The translations under genes and the position numbers were made by a program. A stretch of 32,000 bases of DNA, taken from NCBI GenBank assembly GCA_005191425.1, contig SUPR01000025.1, positions 6,207 to 38,206 on the forward strand. Reading direction: 5' to 3'. The notes under the pieces were generated by a model. That model had not been told where the DNA came from, ran no database searches, and saw nothing but the letters and a program-made list of their open reading frames with translations. Positions 22,806-32,000 of the stretch are shown piece by piece (position 1 is the stretch's first letter; each line of letters starts with the position of its first letter). The stretch comes from Candidatus Helarchaeota ASGARD archaeon Hel_GB_B. GTDB lineage: Archaea > Asgardarchaeota > Lokiarchaeia > Helarchaeales > HEL-GB-B.

Positions 22806-23546
22806 ATGGTCTGGAATAATTTTCATTATTTTTTGGGTTGTACCTCTATTGCATATAAAAAAACAGCATTAAATATGATCAAAATACTTGATGAGGCTAA
22901 AATTTCATATAAATTATTTGAAAATGAACCTTGTTGTGGTGGAATATTATTTTTACAAGGTAATTTGGAAGAAGGAATTAAAAAAGCAAAAGAAAATTTT
23001 CAATACTTCAAAAATAATAATGTATCTAAATTATTAGTTAATTGTCCAGAATGTTTATTAACATTAAAACAAGAATACCCTAAATATTTAGAAAATTGGA
23101 ATATTGAAATTAAACATACAACTGAATTGATAGCTGAAATTATTAAAGAAAAACTAATAAAACTAAATCCAATAAATAAAAAGGTTACTTATCACGATTC
23201 ATGCCATTTGGGACGATTTAATAATATTTATGAAGCTCCCAGATTTATAATAAAAAGTATACCTGAACTTAAATTTAAAGAAATGGATTTAAGAGGAGAA
23301 TATTCTCAGTGTTGCGGTGGTACCATTAGAGACCCCTATTTTGAAGTAAGAAATGACCTAACACTTGATATTCTTAAGAGTTCAAGGCGAAAAGGTAAAA
23401 TAATATTAACTGGATGCCCTACATGTCGATATAACTTTAATGCAGTTGCAGAACATTTCGAGCAAAAAATGAGGTCTGTTGATATAATTGACCTTGTCGC
23501 CTATTCTGCAGGTCTAATTTCCGAATTACCAATGAATAATGAATGA
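22806..23546 (+). CDS. CCG-domain Fe-S protein (LutA/HdrB-like)
   Basis: Two cysteine-rich CCG domains: GC...CCGG...CPEC and HDSCH...CCGG...CPTC. Confidence 0.88.
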   Translation: MVWNNFHYFLGCTSIAYKKTALNMIKILDEAKISYKLFENEPCCGGILFLQGNLEEGIKKAKENFQYFKNNNVSKLLVNCPECLLTLKQEYPKYLENWNIEIKHTTELIAEIIKEKLIKLNPINKKVTYHDSCHLGRFNNIYEAPRFIIKSIPELKFKEMDLRGEYSQCCGGTIRDPYFEVRNDLTLDILKSSRRKGKIILTGCPTCRYNFNAVAEHFEQKMRSVDIIDLVAYSAGLISELPMNNE

Positions 23547-23561
23547 TATGAGGTAATTAAA

Positions 23562-24836
23562 TTGGATATATTTGATTTAGTTATGAATAAAATTGAAAAA
23601 GGTTTGAATTCACCCACTGATTTTAAGACAATTTTTAATATTGGTTATACAAATAAAATAGTTAATAATAAACGGGTCGAACCGCTAAAAAAGGAATTTA
23701 CAAGAATTAAAAGATATTTTGTAGATCATTTTAACGAATTGACAAAAATTGCGATAGAAAATTTAGAAAAAAGAGACTGTAATGTAATATTAGCCAAAAC
23801 CCAACAAGAAGCTCTTGATTATATTTTAAAAGAAGTAGAAAATGAAGACTTAATTGTAAAATCTAAAACTGAAACAGGCAAAGAAATTGGGTTAGTAGAA
23901 TTTTTAGAGAAAAATGGCTTTAAAGGGAAAATAGTCGAAACCGACCTTGGAGACCGAATTATACAATTACTGAATGAGCGTCCATCAATTCCAATGGGAC
24001 CTGCAGTTCATTTAAGTCCAAAAGAAATATCTGACCGACTTTCTCAAATTTATAACATCGAGGTCGACCCCACTCCCCAAACTCTTGTAAACTTGGGGCG
24101 AGAAAAGCTCAGAAAGGACATTCTACGGGCAAATGTCTGCATTACGGGCGCAAATGTGATAGTAGCAGAAGATGGAATGATCGGTCTGATTGAAAATGAA
24201 GGTAATATTTCATTGATTACACGACTTGCTGCTAAACATATTTGTTTAACTGGTATAGATAAGATAGTACCTACCTGGTATGATGCAGTTACTATTCTTA
24301 AAATGGCCGAAGCATCATTAGATTTAATGGGCGCTTACATTTCATTTATAAAAGGGCCCAGTCGTACTGCAGACATCGGAGGTGTAGAAGTAATTCAAAT
24401 GCAAGGCGCTAAGGAAGTTCATGTTGTTCTTTTGGACGATTACAGGTCTAAAATTCTAGGGACCGAGTTTGAACAAGCCCTTCAATGTATTAATTGCGGA
24501 AGGTGTTTTTTGGCATGCCCATTAATTAAATCGATGGGACTCGATATTTTATCATCTAAATATTCGCGAGGACCTATTGGCCTTATAAAAACTTACTTAT
24601 TAGCAGAAAATGGCCTGGAAGAATCTATTAAAATGGGACTATTTGTTTGTACTTTATGCAAAAGATGCCAAATTAATTGTCCAAGTGAAATTAATATCCC
24701 TGAAATGATTTTAAAACTTAGAGAAATGGCTATTCAAAAAGGTCTAATAATGAACACTTATAAAAACACACTTGCTTCTATTAAAAAATTCGACAACCCT
24801 TTTTCTAAAAAAATGATGAAACAACTAAAATTCTAA
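23562..24836 (+). CDS. LUD-domain plus 2x[4Fe-4S] protein (LutB/YkgF-like)
   Basis: VETDLG, GPAVH, ITGAN, ENEGN, GIDKIVP, GPSRTADI; CINCGRCFLACP and CTLCKRCQINCP. Confidence 0.9.
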   Translation: MDIFDLVMNKIEKGLNSPTDFKTIFNIGYTNKIVNNKRVEPLKKEFTRIKRYFVDHFNELTKIAIENLEKRDCNVILAKTQQEALDYILKEVENEDLIVKSKTETGKEIGLVEFLEKNGFKGKIVETDLGDRIIQLLNERPSIPMGPAVHLSPKEISDRLSQIYNIEVDPTPQTLVNLGREKLRKDILRANVCITGANVIVAEDGMIGLIENEGNISLITRLAAKHICLTGIDKIVPTWYDAVTILKMAEASLDLMGAYISFIKGPSRTADIGGVEVIQMQGAKEVHVVLLDDYRSKILGTEFEQALQCINCGRCFLACPLIKSMGLDILSSKYSRGPIGLIKTYLLAENGLEESIKMGLFVCTLCKRCQINCPSEINIPEMILKLREMAIQKGLIMNTYKNTLASIKKFDNPFSKKMMKQLKF

Positions 24837-24934
24837 GAAATCCTTTTAAATTAGACCTTTAACAACAACAAATTTAATAGAAATTGAATTATAAATTTTT
24901 AACTTAAATTTAATATGACACTAACAAATATTGA

Positions 24935-26245
<1,311 letters not shown>

Positions 26246-26731
26246 TTACACATCCATTACTGACAAATTAAATTATTTTAATATTTTTCTTTTCTTGAAT
26301 TATTAATCCAAAATATATGAAGATTATTTATTATAAAAAAATTTAGATTCTTTTTATTCCTTTATTTTTAAAACTTCATATTTTTTTAAATCTTGAACTA
26401 TAATAATAAATAAAAATTAAAAATATTAAAAAATTCGTTAACTTCTTTAACAAATTGTAAAATAAAAATTTAAATATGCTGATAAAAGCTAAAAATTGTG
26501 ATAATATTTTAATAATGTGTAATGAATTTTAATAATAATAATCTTTAAATATATGATTTTCTATGTCATCATAATCACCCTAATTTAAATTAATTGATAT
26601 CACAAAATTAATATTTTTTTAAAAAACAGAAGTAAATTTTGGTTAAAATTTGAAATTAAAAAACAAAAATCAATAATTATGATAATTTATCACCATCATG
26701 TGTTTTTAATAATAAATTAAAACTGGTATAT

Positions 26732-28261
26732 ATGGCAGAAAAATTTGAAAATTTAATACTAACTTTAAATAGATTAACTGGTAAAAAATATCCCGAAATT
26801 GAAAAAATAATCCAAAATGCTATTAATGAGTTAGATATCCCGTTATTAACTGATTTCTTTCATTTATTAGATGACTTTAAAAATATATTATATAATATGG
26901 ACCAGGATATTAAAAATAAAAATAAAAATAAAAAGTATTTAATGTTATTCCAGAAATTTAATGATTTACAATATTTAGACCACTTAATGGTAATTCATAA
27001 CTCTGGGATTGCCATTTATAATTATTCTTTTACAGAAAAATATTTCGACCCACAACTGATTTCTGGCTTTTTAACAGCAATTCTCTCTTTTCAAGAATCT
27101 ACAATGATAAAAAGTGAGATTTCTTCAAAAGTAATTTCACAGTCAAGTTTCGAGCTATTATATGCCAATTTTATTATCTTATTGAATTCCAGTAAATACT
27201 TTAAAGTCGCCTTAATAATGGAAAAAAAACCTTCCAATTCAATCCGTAAATCACTTTTTGAATTCATTTCAAGATTTCAAAATAAATATGATAAATTAAT
27301 TCAAGATTATTCCGGAAATGTAGAAGTATTTAAAGATGTCGATAAATTAGTCGAGGAAATTTTTAGTGTATCATTGGGTTGGCCCCATAGAATAAAGTCT
27401 GAAATAAATATCAAAAAGATTGAAAAAAATTTGACCAACTTACAAAACCTTATTTTAAATGTCATTAATGATTTGCAAGAAGAAACCGAGTATTTTTTAA
27501 TTTCAAATATTATTGAAATAATTAAAAAACAAAAAAATATTCCTGAAGATAAAATTTTCAGCGCCTTTTGCGAACTCGACCAAAAAGGTCTATTTTTAAA
27601 ATTCCCACCAGAAAAAATGGTCGAAACTTTAGAAAAAGAAAAGGAAAAAATTAGTATAAAAGAAATTGATGCATCTTTAGACGATAAAATAGAAATCATC
27701 TCATCAATTGAAGGCGTACCAAAAAAACTTATTGAAAAAATAAATAATCATTTAGTTAAAACTAGCTATATCTATCAGAAAATGATAATTGAAAATATCA
27801 TTTCAATCCCAAAAAAGGAGAAAAATAAATTTTTAAAAGATAAATATAATAAATGGACTGAACTAGAAAAACAAAAAAAGTTTATTGCTAACAAATTAGC
27901 TAAATACGAAAAAAATAATAATAACAACATAAATATTTCAGAAAAAATAAACTATTTAATCGAATATAAAGAATTATGTGAAGAATTAGGTTATGAAGAG
28001 GAGGCTGATATAATTTCTGAAAATATTTACGAATCTTTAAACTTTCTAAAAAATTCAAATTTAAATGAATATAAAAATTTTTTAAACCAATTCAATAAAT
28101 TGTTATCAAAATATATTGAAAATGCCGAATTTGATATCATAAATAAAAAAGTTCTAAATGGGGCATTTAATTATAATAAAGCAGTAAGAATTGCTAAACA
28201 AATCGGTAACATCGAAATGGCTAATACGCTCTCGAAAATCGTCTTAGGAATTGAAAAATAA
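26732..28261 (+). CDS. Asgard-type longin-domain protein with central winged helix and C-terminal helical region
   Basis: aa ~82-210 carry HLMVIHNSGIAIYNYSF...DPQLISGFLTAILSF, then a wHTH-like segment (FLISNII...KIFSAFCELDQKGLF) and a helical, TPR-like C-terminus. Confidence 0.7.
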   Translation: MAEKFENLILTLNRLTGKKYPEIEKIIQNAINELDIPLLTDFFHLLDDFKNILYNMDQDIKNKNKNKKYLMLFQKFNDLQYLDHLMVIHNSGIAIYNYSFTEKYFDPQLISGFLTAILSFQESTMIKSEISSKVISQSSFELLYANFIILLNSSKYFKVALIMEKKPSNSIRKSLFEFISRFQNKYDKLIQDYSGNVEVFKDVDKLVEEIFSVSLGWPHRIKSEINIKKIEKNLTNLQNLILNVINDLQEETEYFLISNIIEIIKKQKNIPEDKIFSAFCELDQKGLFLKFPPEKMVETLEKEKEKISIKEIDASLDDKIEIISSIEGVPKKLIEKINNHLVKTSYIYQKMIIENIISIPKKEKNKFLKDKYNKWTELEKQKKFIANKLAKYEKNNNNNINISEKINYLIEYKELCEELGYEEEADIISENIYESLNFLKNSNLNEYKNFLNQFNKLLSKYIENAEFDIINKKVLNGAFNYNKAVRIAKQIGNIEMANTLSKIVLGIEK

Positions 28262-28339
28262 TATCAAATGACTTAATTTCTCATTCTCGAATTAATTATT
28301 AATAAAAAATAACAATTTTTTCCCAATTGAGGTAAAATA

Positions 28340-29599
28340 ATGGGTGAAGTTGAAAAAATTTGGCATCTAAATTTTAATCTTTATGAGCCAAAAGATTCAC
28401 ATCCTAATTGGGCTAAATTAAACGCTGAAGCAACTGAACTTGCAACCAAAATTTTAAAAAGAATTACATTACAAAAGAATCCATTACAAAGGACTATATT
28501 ACAAAAGCGAAAAATCTTGGCACTAATTAGGACAATAAAAAACCTCCTTTTAAATAAATGGCGTGTCAATAAAGGTAATTATAATTTTATTCCGCTTTTT
28601 TATATCTGGACAATGACTAATAATTGCAATTTTGTTTGCGATTATTGTAGTAACCACCGAGGTGGTAAATACCCTTTATTATTTAAAGATGGTCTGCGGG
28701 ACGACCTTACTACGGAACAAGGAAAACAATTGATTAATATCATGAAAGAAACATCTACAATATATTATTGCGGAGGTGAACCAACTTTAAGAAAAGACTT
28801 ACCTGAACTACTTGCCTATTCGACTAAAAAAAATATGTTTAATATGATCAATACTAATGGGTCTCTAATTGGAGATTTACTTCTTAAACCTGAATATAAA
28901 AATTTTTTACTACAGATGGACGTCATTATTATTTCTCTTGATAGCTTATCAATTTCTAAATTGTCTCAAATTTACCACGTCAAAAAAAACCTTGCTAAAA
29001 AGGTAATAAGAAATATTCTTACATTGAGAATTTTACAAAATTATGTTCCCTTCAAATTAGTGGCCAATACGGTTATAACAAAAGATACTATTGATGACTG
29101 CTATTCTATTTTAGATTGGTGCAACGATCTAAATATTGTTTTTTCTCCAGTTTCAGCAAATATTGGTAATATGCCTGATTACGAACTACTTAATGCCCCA
29201 CTATATAAAAATTTGGTATCTAAAATCCTAAAACGCGCCGACCAAGGATTCCCAATGATCGCATCACGAAAAATGCTTGAAAAATTACTTTTAGCTAAAG
29301 ATATTCATTGCTATCCCACTGTTTTTGATCATGTAGATTACAATGGTGATTTATTTTGGCCATGTAAAGCATATTTTAAATGTAAAAAAATAAACGTTTT
29401 AAAATATAAGAATATCAAACAAGTCCATAAAATTGCTAGTAAAATGATAAATCCCCGAAATTTTCATGGTGATGGTGCTAATCAATGTCAAGGGCATTGC
29501 AGCTGGATGCAAAATTGTGTTACAGATACCTACGGAAGAGCTTTAATTGAAGGTTTTTTCGATAGTGGAATATTTAAGGAAATAATAAATTTAATTTAA
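28340..29599 (+). CDS. Radical SAM protein with C-terminal Twitch/SPASM-like cysteines, function unknown
   Basis: CNFVCDYC, GGEP, INTNG, ISLD; C-terminal CYP...GDLFWPC and CQGHC...C. Confidence 0.9.
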   Translation: MGEVEKIWHLNFNLYEPKDSHPNWAKLNAEATELATKILKRITLQKNPLQRTILQKRKILALIRTIKNLLLNKWRVNKGNYNFIPLFYIWTMTNNCNFVCDYCSNHRGGKYPLLFKDGLRDDLTTEQGKQLINIMKETSTIYYCGGEPTLRKDLPELLAYSTKKNMFNMINTNGSLIGDLLLKPEYKNFLLQMDVIIISLDSLSISKLSQIYHVKKNLAKKVIRNILTLRILQNYVPFKLVANTVITKDTIDDCYSILDWCNDLNIVFSPVSANIGNMPDYELLNAPLYKNLVSKILKRADQGFPMIASRKMLEKLLLAKDIHCYPTVFDHVDYNGDLFWPCKAYFKCKKINVLKYKNIKQVHKIASKMINPRNFHGDGANQCQGHCSWMQNCVTDTYGRALIEGFFDSGIFKEIINLI

Positions 29600-30064
29600 A
29601 TATTAATTCATCATCCTTCATAATAAAATTAAAGAATTGAAAAATTTACAAGATAATAGTACTTATCTGTGTCATAATAAATTTAAATGATAAAATGACA
29701 TAATTACTTAGGGTAGATAGAATTGATATTTCTATTTTCCTTCTTATTTAACGCATTTTAAAAAAGTCAATTGAATATTATAACCCAAAATTCAATATGG
29801 TGTATTATCAAAAAGGTATCCATGTTAAAATTATATTATAAAAAATATTTAGTATTATCCTCTCTTTATTTAATTAATACTTTTCATTTAAAATCATAAT
29901 AATCGGTTGAACAGTAATATTCACCTGTAAAAAAGTTATAATATTTATGCTAATTATAGGTAGTTAAAATATATAACCCAATCAACTTTTATAACTGATA
30001 ATAATTAAAAATACTCATATTTTAATTTAAAAGTATAATTATTTTGTATATATTGGTGTAATTA

Positions 30065-30604
30065 ATGGAAAATGAAACAAATACTATGCGTTATAAAATG
30101 GTATTATTTGGCAACGAGAAAGTGGGAAAAACAAGTTTAGTTGAAAGATTTATCAATAATCGGTTTATTGAAGATTATCTTTATAATTTGGGGTATAACA
30201 TTTATGAAAAAATCATTAGTTACCAAAAATATTTAATTTCGTTAATGATCTATGATATTGGTGGACAAGAAAAATTCGATGTCGTAAGAAAAATATATGC
30301 GAGGGGCGCAGATACCGCATTTATAATTTATGATATAACAAATAAAAAGTCATTCAATAATCTAAAAAAATGGCGCGATGATTTGTATAAATATGCGGGT
30401 ATTATTCCTTTTATGATAATCGGAAATAAAATTGATTTAGAAAATAAAAGAAAAGTATCCAAACAAGAATTAATCAATACGAGTAAAGAGTTAAATGCAA
30501 TAGGTTATTTTGAAACTTCTGCAAAAACTGGCGAATATGTCGATATGGCGTTCAATCAGTTAGCGATTGAAACTTTAAAAACACATCTGTCAAAAAACGC
30601 TTAA
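30065..30604 (+). CDS. Small GTPase, Ras superfamily (Rab-like, Asgard type)
   Basis: G1 GNEKVGKTS, G3 DIGGQ, G4 NKID, G5 ETSAK. No C-terminal cysteine motif. Confidence 0.95.
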   Translation: MENETNTMRYKMVLFGNEKVGKTSLVERFINNRFIEDYLYNLGYNIYEKIISYQKYLISLMIYDIGGQEKFDVVRKIYARGADTAFIIYDITNKKSFNNLKKWRDDLYKYAGIIPFMIIGNKIDLENKRKVSKQELINTSKELNAIGYFETSAKTGEYVDMAFNQLAIETLKTHLSKNA

Positions 30605-30642
30605 ATAAAGGGTGTTTTTTATTTTTTTTAAAGGATGGAAAG

Positions 30643-31422
30643 ATGACTGAGAAAATATTTAAGTTTAGGCCAGAAACTCCTGAGCAAAGGATTGTTTGGG
30701 AAGTTATATTCTTAATTATAGTTATTATAGCAATAGGTCTTTTTGGAAGCTTATCATCTATAAATGTAATATATACCATAATTATAACAATTATATTTTC
30801 TTGTCAAATAATTTTAAGATTTATATTTTTTAATCAGAAAGGCGACTGGATATTTTTCTTTATAGGCGTCTTAGCTGGTGGCGGTAATGATTTATCGTCA
30901 ATGCTTAATGGTGTCTATCAATATACCTCTATTACTATTGTCCCGTTCCTTTCAGGTTTATTACCACTTTGGATGATATTTTTTTGGGGTCAAGTTTTTT
31001 TGGTTTTTAGAAAAATTTTCAACCTGAAATGGTTCAAGGGTGATGAATTTAAAAAAGATGGTAAATTATTAGGAGGATGGGTCAATTACAAATTAATTTT
31101 TGATATTATTATATTAGTGATTTTGAGAATTGCTATTTATAGAACATATTATTTAGAATGGTGGATACCTGCTCTTATTTATGGCTTAATTATTGGTATT
31201 AGATTTCTAATTTTTAGACCAAAAAAGAACCAGATATTTATAATAATAATTCTTCCATATGCATTTATTTTTGAAGGTCTAATGGTATCTTTTGGGCTAT
31301 ATATTTATATTAACCCATCATTTTTGGGCATGCCTATTTGGCTGTTTTTATGGTGGATTTTTCTCGTCCCATGTCTTTTAAAAGAAATTTTTGATCGAAT
31401 CGAATATCTGATTAATAAATAA
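30643..31422 (+). CDS. Integral membrane protein with an internal duplication (DUF2878/lycopene-cyclase-domain-like, tentative)
   Basis: Two similar halves ending GVYQY...LLPLWMIFFWG and GLYIY...GMPIWLFLWW; about 8 TM segments. Confidence 0.6.
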   Translation: MTEKIFKFRPETPEQRIVWEVIFLIIVIIAIGLFGSLSSINVIYTIIITIIFSCQIILRFIFFNQKGDWIFFFIGVLAGGGNDLSSMLNGVYQYTSITIVPFLSGLLPLWMIFFWGQVFLVFRKIFNLKWFKGDEFKKDGKLLGGWVNYKLIFDIIILVILRIAIYRTYYLEWWIPALIYGLIIGIRFLIFRPKKNQIFIIIILPYAFIFEGLMVSFGLYIYINPSFLGMPIWLFLWWIFLVPCLLKEIFDRIEYLINK

Positions 31423-31460
31423 AAAATAAATATTCTATTAAATTGTCGCATCAAGATTGG

Positions 31461-32000
31461 CTAATCGATAGTCTTAATTGTAGCTCCTGAATTATTACAA
31501 TTGGTATAAAAAACCCTGCTATTTCTCTCTCCTAAATAATTTTGTATGTTTATCATTAAATTTTCTGCCTGTTTTTTGCCTTTTATTAACCCATATGTAG
31601 CAGGCCCAAATGAGCTCATTCCCGTGCCTACGGCTCCAAATTCTAAAAATTTTTTCATTAAATCAGGAATAATCTTAGGTTGTAAATTTACTTCATATTT
31701 TTTAAATCCAAGATTTTGAAGCTCTGTTAACCCCTCACCAAACAACTCAATAGACTCCTCAAAAATCGCAGGTAATATCTTCATTAAAATTAAATGACTA
31801 ATTTTTTCAACCTGATTTAATGGTATTGGACATTTTTCTTTAAATATATTGACCTCATTCTGCCCATGTGCCCCTTTTTCAATATTTGGAATTGCAATTA
31901 TAAAATACCAATCTTCAGGAAGCGAATGATTCACAAAACACGGAGCAGGGGGGGCATTAGAAGCTGAAGACGGTAAAAAACTGGATTTTTGTGCATTCTT
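31461..32000 (-). CDS. Beta-ribofuranosylaminobenzene 5'-phosphate (beta-RFAP) synthase, GHMP kinase family (C-terminal part; start lies outside the window)
   Basis: The frame is open to 32000: FLPSSASNAPPAP...PEDW, LILMKILPA, FGEGLTELQNLGFKKYE, GMSSFGPATY. Confidence 0.85.
   Translation of the reverse strand, partial: KNAQKSSFLPSSASNAPPAPCFVNHSLPEDWYFIIAIPNIEKGAHGQNEVNIFKEKCPIPLNQVEKISHLILMKILPAIFEESIELFGEGLTELQNLGFKKYEVNLQPKIIPDLMKKFLEFGAVGTGMSSFGPATYGLIKGKKQAENLMINIQNYLGERNSRVFYTNCNNSGATIKTID

Noticed and set aside
26901-26940. AAAAAT microrepeat encoding KNKNKNKK in the longin protein
   Set aside because: Low-complexity and in frame, as expected in an AT-rich genome.

Overview
A very AT-rich (roughly 25% GC by eye) archaeal chromosomal window, most likely from an Asgard archaeon (Lokiarchaeia/Helarchaeales-like). 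The basis is an archaeal information-processing core (rpS8e, SRP19, Gar1, TFB, TFE-beta, Trm1, RNase HII) together with two longin-domain proteins and a Rab-like small GTPase. The window also carries bacterial-type gyrB-gyrA and grpE-dnaK-dnaJ operons, hydrogenase maturation genes (hypE partial, hypA), a LutA/LutB-like Fe-S pair, purA, a radical SAM enzyme and a partial beta-RFAP synthase (methanopterin pathway). I found no rRNA, tRNA, CRISPR array, transposase or intein. The most notable observations are: (1) a 343-aa protein that resembles eukaryotic GATOR1 subunit NPRL2/Npr2 along its whole length (longin plus three winged helices); (2) a MenA1-MenT1-like toxin-antitoxin pair between SRP19 and Gar1; (3) an uncharacterised Pol-beta-type nucleotidyltransferase split by a +1 frameshift in an A8 run; (4) a probable AUU start codon for gyrB; (5) direct repeats in the grpE-dnaK-dnaJ promoter region. 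All family comparisons were made from memory, without database searches.
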